A stretch of DNA of 64,000 nucleotides from Podarcis bocagei (lineage: Eukaryota). This document shows positions 1 through 12,436 of the stretch, piece by piece. Position 1 is the stretch's first letter; each line of letters begins with the position of its first letter. The position numbers and the translations under genes are program-made. The stretch lies in the NCBI GenBank assembly GCA_964188305.1, contig OZ076887.1; one strand, 5' to 3'. A model generated the notes under the pieces. The model made no database searches. It saw only the letters and a program-made list of their open reading frames with translations, and was not told the DNA's origin.

Positions 1-1804
1 TATGCTTCCAAGGGTAGCGATGCTGATAGAGGGCACAAAAGCTATGCTGCTTGAACTTGCTGATATGAAGAAAACAATGAGCTCTGCATGACTTCTGAGA
101 CCAGCTGAGACCAGAAAGTCTATGCAAGAAGTTTCAGCACTGCAAGTCAATCTCAACAGGATCAAGCAGTGCCACCATGCATGTTTTCCTGATGATATCC
201 TGATGTTATCCTTCTGTTTTCTCCACAACTTCTTTGGACACCCCATCAGTGTGCCCAAACCAGTTACTGAGAAAGAGCAGAAGCAAAAACAACAGCACAG
301 AATTCCATTAGGTTTCCTTTAATAATAGAGCCAATTTTAAAGCCTAATTCTGAAAGCACAGCAGATGAGGCTGTTATGCTTCCCTTGTTAAAATAGCTCA
401 CCGAAAACAACATTAGACATACATTAGGATTGGGCTATATGGGAACATAATGATCTGAGTAGCAGAAAATGAATATTGCAAGATACTTTGGGAAAGTGTT
501 ATTTACTAAGCAAGACCTCATTTAAACATTAAAATATTTAGAGGATAAACAAAGTCTTAGTAGCACTGTATAAGGTTAACACTGTAATGATGCCAACTTT
601 GTATATATCAGGCACTGATATGGAATGTATACAGAGATTTCCTTATTATTGTAAACAGCATTATTAAGTTCTATGCAAATACACTTTGAATATCAGAGCA
701 CCTGCAGCCCTTCAGATTCATATTCAGCCAGAAATAAGAATTGGCAGAAGCAAAGTACTCGCTGGGTTTTGTTTAGATTCAGCCCCTGGACTGAGGGGGA
801 GTATATGACAGAGAGGGAACTATGAGAATAACCATTTGCTACAAAGCACAGGGTGGTATGAGTAGCTGACTTTTTGGAAACACATAATATATCTCAAGGA
901 GCCTAAGAATTACTACAGATCTTTTGCAGTCTGTTTCCTGTACCACTGTTTCTAGCTATGTACAGAGTATGGAATGTCAATTCCGTCTGCATGGATGTTC
1001 CTGTTGAAACACACGTAGTAAGGCACAAATAGATCACCCTTGGAACATCCCAACTCAGAAAAGATGGTGGGCAAAAAGGACACAGTGCATTGTCTAGTTA
1101 GAAGATTGTGCTCCAAGAGAGATTTCAAATATGAACCAGGAATTTTTATTAGAGTTAAAAGAGTGATATCCCTAAGGCACCTTGCTAATCCTTTCTGTAC
1201 AGGGTAGTGTAATTAATAGCATCAACTCAACTAAATTAAAAGTATCAACCCGTGAAAAGGGCATAACTAGGCTCAGCTCAATAAAGAATACTTCCCAATG
1301 TGTAAAGAAAAGAGCTATACAGGAACAATAGGCCAGAGAACAATGTATCAGAAAAGTCAATTACCAAAATCATTGATTTGTTCCCACCTGAAAGAATTTT
1401 TTGAATTCTAGTCAAAGAAACCACTGCAAATCTTTTAAATAATATAAAAGAAAATATTGCTACAATTAAAATAAGGGATGGGACAGGAAGCTTTTCCCAT
1501 GGCTGATTTTGTGCTATCATGCTAAACTAAAAATGAGGAAAAGGTATTTTAAGGAAGTGATTATTATTATGGATATGAATAATTAGGAATGCGAATAATG
1601 CTGTTTTCAGTGCCGCCAAAACCTAAGAATCCAAGCACTAATCCAAGCAGAAATAAAAATTGTCACGAAACTCTATGATGTTATAAGCCCTATTCACATA
1701 CACTGTGTGCTGGTCCCGGGGCTAAGCTACCGTGAGTGTAGCAGAGTCCACACGAAGCGGGGCGAGGTCCGATGCAGAGAGACGGGCGGGGAACAGGAAC
1801 GCTG

Positions 1805-1965
1805 GAACAGGAGGCTGAGCAGGTAACAGGAACACCGGAGGGTCGGGAACAGGAGGCCGAGCAGGGAACAGGAGTACTGGATAGTCAGGGACAGGAAGCC
1901 GAGCAGGGAACAGGAGTACCGGTTAGTCAGGAACAGGAGGCCGAGCAAGGATCAGGATCACAGGA
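1805..1965. repeat. 42-bp tandem repeat (~3.7 copies) inside the LTR
   Basis: Unit ggaacaggaggccgagcagggaacaggagtactggatagtca and variants. It appears as the 14-aa EQEAEQxTG periodicity in ORF 1772..2086. Confidence 0.85.
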
Positions 1966-2039
1966 AGGTCCGAAGCCAACAACGACGTTGCTCCCGCAAC
2001 CTGGGGCCGGGATGAGTGGGCTTTTATCCTCTTCTAAGG

Positions 2040-2384
2040 TCAGGGGCGGTCCCGACCCCCAGGAGCCCCGCCTACTCTGGCCTTAAGGCGAGCACTCCTC
2101 CTGGGGGCAACTAGTTCCCTTCGCCTCTCTGCCCTAAGCCTCTGCAGATCAGGAGAGGCCGAAGGGTTACTGGGCCCTGGAGGAGGCTCACCTGTGGCCA
2201 CTGAGTCATCAGGCTCCTCTGGGGCCAGGAGGACTTCACCTGGGGCCAGCTCCTGCTGTACTGCCACAGGTGCAGGCTCTTCAGCCTCTAGGCCTTGCCC
2301 CAGTTCAGCCGGCCCTGGAGGCGGGGACTCCTGTGCAGGCTGGGATTCCTCTGTTTCATCCTCCGAATCGGAATCCCAGGCCAT
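2040..2384 (-). CDS. Putative 114-aa ORF inside the LTR U3 (MAWDSDSEDETEE...PRRSARLKAR...DRP)
   Basis: The ATG is at LTR nucleotide 5 (TGTG-ATG) and the frame is open to a stop at 2040, just upstream of the TATA-like box. Acidic N-terminus, Pro/Glu-rich middle, Arg-rich end. Translation is not demonstrated. Confidence 0.4.
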   Translation of the reverse strand: MAWDSDSEDETEESQPAQESPPPGPAELGQGLEAEEPAPVAVQQELAPGEVLLAPEEPDDSVATGEPPPGPSNPSASPDLQRLRAERRRELVAPRRSARLKARVGGAPGGRDRP

Positions 2385-2402
2385 CACACACTGGTGCATG
2401 AG

Positions 2403-2580
2403 CATAAGAACATAAGACAACCCTGCTGGATCAGGCCAGTTCCCCATCTAGTCCAGCATCCTATTCTCACAGTGGCCAACCAGATGTCTATAGAAAGCAT
2501 GGCTGCAGGATCTGAGCGTAACAGCATTGCCCCCTCCTGCATTTTCCAATAGTTGGTATTCAAAAGCATGCTTCCTCCAA
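2403..2580 (-). mobile_element. CR1 LINE 3' end
   Basis: cataagaacataaga tail plus ctgctggatcaggcc...catctagtccagc, the reverse complement of the squamate CR1 3' UTR. Confidence 0.75.
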
Positions 2581-2844
2581 AAGTTGGTAACAGGTTGGAT
2601 CAAGTAGCTTCACCTCCTGCTTTCTGAGCAATATGGTATGAATGTCAGTAGGCTGGGAGGCTTCAGATATATGTGCAAAATCTTCCTCCCTGCAGTCATT
2701 ACTGCTATACATGCAGACATCAGAGTGCAAGGCGGTAGGCATGACTTCAGAGGTGAGCTATTCAACACAGCTCTGCTCACATTCCTACCCTTTGTTTGTT
2801 TGTTCATTTTTTCATTTGTTAAATTCATATCTTGCCCTTCACAA

Positions 2845-4543
2845 AATGTATGAAGGCATGAGGATAGCCTTTGAACAAACAGTCAGGAAAACTGCACTAC
2901 TGAAAATATTTTTGGGAGAGATCATCACAGACCACAGCAAGCAGATGAAATGATGGGCAGAGCATGATCAAGAACTGTACTCTCAGGAAAACATGGTCCC
3001 TGACACAGCCATCAACAGTGTTCAGACTCTGCTTGTCTTGGAAGAGCTGGATATTCCTCCTTCCCTAAATTGATGAGCTGAAGAACACCATCAACTCAGG
3101 CATGTGGTAAAGCCCCAGGAAAGGATGTCATCCCAGCAGAAGTGCTGAAACCCAGCTTCAATTCCTCCCCATGGCACATCTCTACAGCCTCTTTTTGCAG
3201 TGTTGGGAACAAGGATCCATGCCACAAGACATGTGTGACTCCAGCAATATGACCCTCTTCAAGAACAAAGGTGACTGCAAGGGCAATAACAACTACTGTG
3301 GAATCTCCCTGCTGAATACTGTGGGGAAAGTCTTTACCCATGTGGTTCTCTACAGATCACAGTCACTTGCTGACCAGGTATTTGCGGGTTCACGGTGCAA
3401 ATTTAGATCTCAGAGGTTAGCAGACCATATGATTTTCTCACTGCGCCAGCTGCAGGAGAAATGCCGAGAGCAGGCATACCGCTTGTACATCATAGACTGA
3501 AAATGACTCTTCACACTTCTCAATGAGATAAGATGCCCACCTAAGCTGGTGTGAAACAGGGCTGTGTTCTTGCATATGGTGCTCTCATATGCCTTCAGCT
3601 CGACTGAAGACAGTGTGTACTTTCATTCATGAAGCAACAGGGGTCTGTTCAACCTGACATGTCTCCACACCATGACAGAGGTGTGGCAGGTCCTTATCCA
3701 ATGGATGTTGTTTGCAGATGACACAGCCTTGGAAGTTCTGCAGAGACTCTGCAACTATTTTGCCAAAGGCTGCAGGGAGTTTGGCCTTACCATCATCCTG
3801 ATGAAGACCAACATTTGAGACATCACCAGCACTCCATGTATCAACACTGGTAACCACACGCGTGAGGTGGTCAATGATTTTATCTACCTGGGTTCCACCA
3901 TAACCAGCAACTTGTCAATTGACACTGAGCTGGACAAGCGTTTTAGCAAGGCAGCTACAACAATGGCTCACCTCTCCAAAAGGGTATGGGAGAAGATGAT
4001 GCTAACATTAATACCAAGATGAACGTCTACCAGGCATCACATGGCAGGGCAGAGCTCAAAGAAAGTTGACCTCTCCCAGGCTCACATTCTCAGCATGTTC
4101 ATACTCCTGTCTCAGTGATGTCTACGCTGGCTTGGTAATGCCCACAGAATGGAATATGGCAGGAGCCCCAAGGACATGCTCTACAGGGAGCTGGCTTCAG
4201 GCCCCTAGGCAAACCAACTCTGCATTACAAATGTGACATGTAGGCTCGCAACATTTACCCTGCTGTGTAGGAATCCCTTGCAGATGGCCACAGTGCTTGG
4301 TCCACAGCAGTGACCAGAGGAGGAATGACCACTGGTATGAGCACTGAGAGAAGAAACACCATGATGCATCTGCTGCAGAACAACCAGATGCCTTCATCTG
4401 CACCAGCTGCAACAAAACATGTCTCTCCCATATCAGTCTCTACATCCATAGCAGGCACTGTAACTCGCCAACGGTTTGACTTTATCCCGAAAGGGGGCAC
4501 TCTTCCATTGTCTCCTGAGACAGATGAATGCCAACAACTACTT
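2845..4543 (+). mobile_element. Degenerate, 5'-truncated RTE-clade LINE (RT pseudogene)
   Basis: RT-like peptides WEQGSMPQDM..LFKNKGD..NYCGISLLNTVGKVF..MIFSLRQLQEKCREQ, LFADD and FIYLGS. C-terminal CxxC..H..C knuckle at ~4395-4460. RTE-like tail gacagatgaatgccaacaac. Multiple stops and frameshifts. Confidence 0.9.
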
Positions 4544-5461
4544 GCTATAGGAACCCTGGGTGGCATGAGCTTTGTGCCTGAGTACCTGCGCAGTGCTGTA
4601 ATTATTATGGTAAGATTGGCAGGATGAATATATCTTGGCTTATCTAAAGAGCCAGCAGCAACTACCTTTAAAAAAATCATATTGCTTTGTGGTGTTTCAC
4701 TTATATGTATTTGGTCTTTATTTAGTCTTCATATACTGGAAATTGCTGGAGACTTGTAATGGACTGAAATATTTGTATGCCTGGTGAACAGCATGTTCTA
4801 AGCACATTCTGATATCCATAATACAAAATAAAGGAGGGAGTTGTTTATTTTATGTTTACTTGAGCTGTTTTGAAAAGAATAGAACTTATTCACCTCTGTA
4901 TTGTTTGTTTTTCCAAATTGCTGCCTTCTTTCCCTATGGCTTTTGGAAACCATGGGAATAAATATCCACAGTAAAGATGCCATTCTTGTGTACTAATTTG
5001 TATGATGAGAAATGACTGGTGTATGAATGGTAATTAGTTATGGCCTAAACATGAGTGGCTAGACCCATCAAAATGTCCAAGTTCTTTTGTCTGGTTTCTT
5101 AGCAGCAATGAAGCCTAGTGTTTTCTTCCTTGTTTTGCATCTGGAAAAAGTGGATAGAGGAAGACAGGAATATATTAAAGCCTTATACCACAAAGTCTTA
5201 GGATTTATTGACCCCCCCCCCCATTTTCTGGAGTTTGCATACAACAACATATATACAAAGGAGTAGTGCATTCTCCTTGCATAGTATAAATATTTCTTCC
5301 TAGCAATTCAATGAAATATTTAAAACTCTGTTAAAAATCCTTGAAAGCTATCTGAACAGAACCAAAGTTAAGTGATCACCTAATGTGAATTTTATGAAGA
5401 TATTCTAATACAGCTAATCAAGGTGCACATTAGTCCCACTCACAGAGAATTAGCTACATAT

Positions 5462-5511
5462 AACTGGCAGTATCCCAACAAGCAGTATCCCAACTGGCAG
5501 TATCCCAACAA
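5462..5511. repeat. 15-bp tandem repeat x3 (aac[tg/aa]gcagtatccc)
   Basis: Read directly from the sequence; alternating A-B-A variants. Confidence 0.9.
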
Positions 5512-7949
5512 TAACTACAACATCAAAGCCTTCTGTAGAAATTATGGAATGGAAAAGATATTCTAGTGGTGGAACCCAGATGTAGAGTAACACACACTTA
5601 CAACGTTTGCCAAAGCATTCCATAATTCCATTGATTTCATCTTCGCTTAAAAAAATTTGACTTAGAATCATTTGGCCTTTCCTGAAATCATTGAAGATAT
5701 GCTGTAGCAGGGAACAGAAATCCTTTAAAATATTATTCCAGATTTCTAAAACATGTGTTTTAAGGCTGGGAGGGAACACTTAGAATACATTCTTGAAGTC
5801 ACAAATGTGATTCACTACCTATTCTTTGCAGACACATTTTGGGGGAATAATAAAATTGTACTAGACACTAAAAGCATTTTCTGGGTGTGTAGTAACTCAT
5901 CCAAAGCTCAGATGCAAAAACTGTAAGGCGTGTTATAAGAACATAAAATAAGCTCTTAGTATCATGGGGCAGGTGGGGGGGGGGAAGGGTTATGATAAAT
6001 AATCTGCTTTCAAACAACTGAACAAAAAAATGAATCATGTTATACCATAAAGCCATGTACATGCAGCATATTGTGGAAGGCAACCTCAATATGTAAATCA
6101 TTCCATCAATAAAGTAACATATTGATTGTTGAAGAATAATGCAGAGTGAAGGCTTAAATCTATAATGCTGACAACAGCAGAAGAAATCAATAACAGACAA
6201 GAGACTTGATGCAGAAATCTGCTAAAACAATACTATTAAACTAACTATCATGGGCCAATATTCACAACTTATAGACAAAGAGATAAGGATTAAATACAAC
6301 CTGGTTTTTCCAATGAACCATTATTTCCTACTTCCCCTGTTATCAGCACTAATAATACTCACAGATCTCAGAAGTGCTCTGAAAAATAAAAAAATAAAAA
6401 TGGCTATGTCAGTATTCGGCCTGAAAGACACATGGGTTCCTTCCTGAGTTACACTTTAAAAACAATGCCAAATAAGATTGCCAGGTTGGTCTCAAAGGAA
6501 GAAGGAGGTAGCCCGTGAGTAATATTATGGTTGAGAGATCTTTGTGCAAAAGCAGACTCAAATAACCACCTAAAAGAGCCAGGTCTTTCCAGGTAGAAAC
6601 TGGAGAATCACCATCGCTTGGCATCTCCTTGGGAACAGCCAACTCGATGGATCAAATGTTGTTGGTTCATAGGCTTAGGTGAAATAAAAGTATAGATGTG
6701 AACAAAAGAGGTGGGCAGGGATGTCTGTGAATCTGAAGAATGCAGACAACTATTTGCTTCAATCAGGGAGAGGTGTTTGGTGCCTTAAAACGTCTATTAA
6801 AATGTCTGGATTCTGTTCCCTGTGTGTTCATTTTTGTCTTGAAGGATGAACAGATAAGACACGTGGCATGCATTCAAAACTGGTCAAACTTTCCAATGTT
6901 AGGTCTCTGATCCAAGTTCAGCTGTAAATGAAAGGCACTAACAAGCCATGATACACCTCAATATAATAATGAGATGTTTCCTCCCTTTCTACATCTGAGA
7001 AAGGCCTGCCCAATCTTCATTTAAAAACATATCCACACACATATTATGGGAAGGCAGCCCACCACTTCCACATCATCCTGCAAACAAATCACATGTCTGA
7101 ACATCATGATGGGAGGAATTAAAACAGTGCTGGGGAAACGAGCCAAAAGGAGATGTTTCTTATCCATGTACCTCTTTTAAAAAAATCAAAGTCATAAGTT
7201 ACGGTAATTTGATCCTAAGCTCAATAGAGATGCAGCAAATATCTATAGTTTTTCCACTCCTGGTGTAGAATACACATTTTTGTTGTTGCTGATCATAGGA
7301 ACATACAGAGGACTTCGTAGACCTTCACGTCTAACCTCCTGCTCAAAGCTAAAGAAATTCCAGCGTTATAGCATCCCTAATGGAGCCTCTGCTAGTTGTT
7401 CCTCTCCGGGAGTCTCCAACTTACCTGCCACCTGAAGTTCAATAGGCCACCACATGGGAAAACCATCCATGAATCCTGGATTCTTGACAGCATGCTTACT
7501 TGGCAATAAGTCCCACTTCGTTTGTTGGGGTTTTCTTCTAGGAAAGAAGCAATAGGATCATCTGTGTTAGAATATACCTAGAAACATAATTGGATATTCA
7601 GTTATAGCATTTGCTTCTTACCACTGGTGCTTTGATCTCCCTGCTTCCATATGACAAGACTGACCAACACAGCACAAAAAATTGGAATATTATCTGTGAA
7701 ACTCTTTTGGTTAATTACTCAAGGTATTGTTATGCAAACTGTTTAGCACCGCATAAATGTTCATGATTCACAAGAACAACAAACTAGAAATTATTGATGA
7801 GGCAAGTAGAACATAGGCAGGGAGAAGAGTAGGACAGAATGATTAAAAGAAGAAAAAAACTGCACAGTGAAATAGTGAACCATAATATGAAATGAAATAA
7901 AATGGCTATAAGGAGAAGAAGCCAACAATACCCAATTTTTGTCTAATAC

Positions 7950-8370
7950 AAGGAAAGGAAAAGGGAATTATTATTTTTTGACAAAGTGATAATAATAAAT
8001 AAATAAGAGTAAAAATGTGCACCCCACCCCAAGACCATTCCATTGTAACTATCGAACCCCCCAAAATTTCAACACCTCTTGCAATGGTTTCTATTTTAAC
8101 AGAACAAATTCCACAAACACCTTCCAAATCTCCTTAAAATACTTTCTCCTGCCTATTCCCCATCTTACCTTAACAACACATGTTAATTTATCATCAACAG
8201 CAATATCCCACACCTCTTTATACCATTCTTCCATTTTATATTCACCTTGCCCCTTCCACTTCCTAGCTATAATAACTCATGCAGCTGTCAATAAATCTGT
8301 GTGCAAGTCCTTCATAGTCTGCAAACCTTCCATCCCATCATAAATTTATAATAATGCTACCTCTGGACAA
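7950..8370 (-). mobile_element. L1/Tx1-type LINE ORF2 C-terminus and 3' end
   Basis: Minus-strand translation LLTAA*VIIARKWKGQ..EEWYKEVWDIAVDDKLT..FKEIWKVFVEF resembles the ends of reptile L1 ORF2. Confidence 0.65.
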
Positions 8371-8494
8371 GGGGGTCACCATGGAGAAGACCCTTTCCTG
8401 CATCACTATAGAGGTTACACTATAGAGGTATAAGACTGGTGACTGCTCTGTTGTGTGACAAGCTATTGGTGTGGGAGAAGCAAAAAAACAACCC

Positions 8495-8630
8495 AACCCC
8501 TTTAATTTCAGGGTTGTGGGTTTAAGCCCCACATTGGGCAAAATATTCCTGCATTGCAGGGAGCTGAACTAGCTGGCCTTCATAGTCCCAACTCTACAAT
8601 TCTATTATTCCTTGACTCCATGATTCTGTG
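8495..8630 (+). mobile_element. tRNA(Lys)-derived SINE with CR1-type tail (partial)
   Basis: B-box-like cagggttgtgggtttaagccccacattgggc, then cctgcattgcaggg...ccaactctacaattcta. Same family as 23662-23805. Confidence 0.7.
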
Positions 8631-9185
8631 AAATGGTGACTGATCCCTCCTTAAGCCTCAGTTTGAGGTTTGTTTGTTTTTGCTTCCCACCTAATTGACT
8701 TGGGTTGCTGTCCCTCATCTCGTCCCCACATACCTGCTTCAAACTGCATTTTGTGCAAGGCTGAAATAGTTTCAAGTCCTAATGATCATTAGTCAAAACT
8801 GTCAGTCATGGGAAATAAAGGCAGTGGTAAAGAAGGTAGCGGGAATATACTATTGATTTGAAGGGTTATTGGTTTGGGGTTTGGGGGGAGGCTTTTATAA
8901 TGTACTTTGTGTTTTCATTTTGTATTTTTAGTCTGTATAATAATGCTGGTAATCATCCTGAGGCAACGTTGTGGGAAACTAAAGAATAGCCAAGCCAACT
9001 TTTGTGGCTGACCACTGTGAGGAAACTGAGACGGGGTGGTGGTTTAAATCTCATTTCAGCCTCAAGCTCACTATACCACCTTATGCACATATGCCACTCT
9101 ATATATGCATCACTCATCTGCAAGACTGAGACAATAACACAAGCCGACCTTACATGTGTGTGATGGAGAATAACTGACATTGTGC

Positions 9186-9245
9186 AGAAGAAGAAGAAGA
9201 AGAAGAAGAAGAAGAAGAAGAAGAAGAAGAAGAAGAAGAAGAAGA
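9186..9245. repeat. (AGA)20 microsatellite
   Basis: Perfect trinucleotide run. Confidence 0.98.
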
Positions 9246-9286
9246 ATAGAAACTTATCTGCACCGTTTAACTTGTCCTACTTCTAG

Positions 9287-9330
9287 CCAATTCATTGCTT
9301 CAGCGGGGGATCCTTCTGTCCTAGTGAAAG
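9287..9330 (+). CDS. Candidate internal exon (44 nt; 27 nt if the acceptor at 9303 is used) of an unidentified gene
   Basis: Branch-like gtttaac, then cttgtcctacttctag| acceptor and AAG|gtaaat donor. Open readings are PIHCFSGGSFCPSE(R/S) or QFIASAGDPSVLVK. Confidence 0.4.
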
Positions 9331-10374
9331 GTAAATTAGAAGAGAACGTTTACACCTTATGTTGCTGTGACCTCTGCTCCAGTGTGTGATAAAGCTAAAT
9401 CCGAGCCTATCCAGTCAGAGAAGTAGGATATGTAACAATTTAGCTGGACTGAGCCATCTCCTTCAGGTTAGTTTGCGGTCCATTTCAGCGGAATGATAGG
9501 AAGTCGGAAAAGGTAGATGGCCCTTGCTTTTTTCAGTATATCCTTGCTTAAGGGATGACCTTTTCATTAGACATAGTATACTGACCCACACTGTGGGAAG
9601 CTGTTCAAAGAGAGTTTGTTTTGTCCCCCCCTCCCAGCTCCCAAATGGATTTATTTGTCTGGGAGGCAAATCATTAGCTGTCTACTAGGCTGTTCGGTGT
9701 TGTTCCTATCAAAAGCTTCAAGCTTCTTGAAATGCTGGAAATAAGCCAGCTAAATACACATTCTTTTTCAAAGCTCAGATCTGAAATCTTTATTGGGAGG
9801 ATATATATACCACATGTTTTCAGTCTCTGAGAGTAAGATTGATCTGTTAGAAGGGAGGGAGGGAGAAGGCAAACCTTACGTAAGATCAACCTGCTCTTTT
9901 GCGGGGGGCGGGGCGGGGTATGAGTCCTGTAGCATTGCCATCTCATTTTAATGAGATAATTTCATTGACTTTTGACTTCATAACTCAGTATTTTTTCCTT
10001 TCCATTCTTTATTATTTTGTTTTTATTATAGAAGCAATATACAGTACATTGCTGGCTTTGCATTGAATCAGTGCACTGTTGTAATTTTGGCTATAATGTT
10101 TCCAGTTATATAGGTGTGTACCTATAAGCTGCCCTCTCATAAGATGGTAGGGTGATCATACACATTTAGGGCACATTGATATCAATGAGACGGCAATGCC
10201 CATCAAGTGGAATCATTAATTCAATTTGCTTACTACTGAAGAAGTTTTAATAGTTTATGTTTTAGTTAATCATCCCAGTTTTATGTAACAACAATAAATG
10301 TTGTTGTTATTGATGACGATAGTTTCCCTCTACCTGATGCAATTACAAGATATTGCCTTGAAAGCAATTAAAAA

Positions 10375-10490
10375 CATCCACTTGATAAATTTCATTGCCC
10401 TTTTGTGTACCTTTTCCAGCTCTACTGTGTCTGTTTTGAGGTTCAGTGACCAAAACTGAGCATGGTACTCCCAATTTTGTTGTAGCTTGA
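10375..10490 (-). mobile_element. CR1 ORF2 fragment
   Basis: EYHAQFWSLNLKTDTVELEKVHKRAMKFIK matches the CR1 EYCVQFWSP..KD..LEKVQKRATK motif. Confidence 0.75.
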
Positions 10491-12436
10491 TAAGATCTGT
10501 ATTGGTGCTGCCCAGATGCCTGGGAAAACGGAGGCTGGTAGTCTGTTTCAAATCAGCCATCAATGTTGTGCCCACCACCATCTTACTGTTGGAAGTTCAA
10601 GAGCAGAGATCATTCAGTTTATAATGTAAAGGTTAATTTGGTTATCAGTAAGCCAGCTAACCAAGAGGTGGTGGTGAAGGTATTGCTTAGCAACCAAGCA
10701 GAGTGGCATGGTGTCTAATACAGATATAGAAAGAGATTTTATGTATCCACTTAAAAGTATTGTTGGCGAAGGAATGTCTTCAGCAGGCACTGAAAAGTTA
10801 ATAGAAATAATTGCCTGTGACTAGTTTTCTTGGTTTTTTTGTCTCTATAAATTAGAGCAGTGCCGAAAATTACGATTCCTCATTTACCATATGTTGGGTA
10901 TGGGCAAAAGGAAATCTTTCTGAAAGATTGGAGAGGGGGGAAGGAAATTTCTCTTAAATCTTATGAAGCAGCTAAGGATTGCTAGAGGATCTTTTTTGTT
11001 GTTCTCTTTCAAAAACTTTTTCTGGAAGCCCTCCAGGTACTTACCAAGATGCAAGGTTCTTGGGAACTTCCTGCCTCTCACACTTCCTGGAATGACTTAG
11101 GATTGATGTCACATCACATTGTATCACTTTCATGGAATCTATTCCAGGAACTGGCTGCCAGAATATTGCATGAGGATGTCTCACAATTGATCATCAGCCA
11201 CACTTCCTGGTGACAGCCAGCAAGGCACACAACAACGCCCCCCCCCCAATAAAACCATACACTTTCAGATAAATTCCACCCACCCACCCAGGCGAAAACA
11301 TTGTCCCCTGATTTATATAATAAAATTATATGCAATCGTGCTAACACCAATGCCTTCTTCAGGCATTCGCTATGACCATGTGAAGGGGCAACTGGGGATG
11401 CACAGGGCAAGCCACACATCCCTCAGTGACAATGAATATGCCCCAACATTTCTATCCCAGCCTCTAAAGGCAAAGCGGCAGGGGCCCCATCCTACCTCTC
11501 AGGCTGCGCCCCATTTATGGCATCCTCTGTGTCGTCATCCTCTTCTACCTCATCAGACAGCAACTGCCACCCTAGCCCCAAGCTAGTTGGGACCACGGAG
11601 CTCAGAATAAGGGAGGACCAACTCAAGGGTGGTGTCCCAGACTGTATTGTCTTTGCAAATGTGTTGCTTCCATCCTACACTCACTCTCACCATGCATAGA
11701 TGTTCACATGCAAAGCATTTATTTCCAGTAACATGATAAAATAATACACGTGTTTTAGCATGTTATTTGAGGCATGTTACTGGATGCAATTGCATGTGCT
11801 AAACAGTTGCCACATGCACATATGTATGCATCATGGAAAGTGCCATGCTTACTTTTTTTTTTAAAGTGTGTCAAAAACTTGAAAGGCATTTCCTTTTGCA
11901 ATTACAGGCATAGAGGCTAGATTCCAAGCTCTTTATCAAGCACCACAGTGTTATGAATTATGAGAAATGTCTCATTTAATAGTAAGTATACTACAATATT
12001 AGTTACAATAGTAAGTACACTACAATAATGAATAGATATATTCAGGGAGTTGGCCTTCTTTGCAGAATGCAAAGCCCTGCTTTGCAGAAAAATAACTTCT
12101 TGTAATTTTTTGGGTGGAAATGTCCTCATGTCCCTGGCCTAAATATTCATTGCAGGTGTGATATAGTCTGTTTATTTCCCTCATCCTTTCATTTTTTATT
12201 GTATAGGGTCAAATCCTAGTAATCTCTGATGTAAAACAAGTTGGCTGTCATTATTTCAACCATTCCTAGTTTTGTGGTACACATAATTGTCAGTTTGATC
12301 GTCTCATATAACTGTACCTCAAAAGCTCCCATAGTCTGTAGTTATGGCATGTGGATTCTAAACATTAGCTCAGCCTGAAAAGAATGAAGTCTCCATTGTT
12401 TTCTTTACTTTAACTGTCACTGCTTGCCCTTGTCAG

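Larger units (their letters stand above)
1706..2388 (-). mobile_element. Solo LTR, probably Gypsy-type (683 bp)
   Basis: Termini TGTGCTGG...CCATCACA (7/8 inverted match, TG..CA). Perfect 5-bp TSD CACTG at 1701-1705 and 2389-2393. GC/CpG-rich against AT-rich flanks. TATA-like ATAAAAG on the minus strand at 2027-2021. Confidence 0.85.

Noticed and set aside
1130-1520. Hydrophobic minus-strand ORFs as a membrane protein
   Set aside because: They are AT-rich and frameshifted, more likely an old L1-type remnant or chance. The signal is too weak to call.
1661-1705. TGTCACG at 1661 as the LTR boundary
   Set aside because: It has no matching TSD. The boundary at 1706 gives both a perfect CACTG TSD and a terminal inverted repeat.
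1805-1965. CRISPR-like repeat-spacer array
   Set aside because: The units are contiguous diverged tandem repeats without unique spacers, in a eukaryotic context with no cas genes.
1772-2086. 104-aa repetitive ORF as a host gene
   Set aside because: It is the antisense reading of the 42-bp tandem repeat inside the LTR.
9180-9389. Poly-Arg protamine-like ORF
   Set aside because: It has a TTG start and is produced by the (AGA)20 microsatellite. The poly-Asn ORF at 16834 arises the same way.
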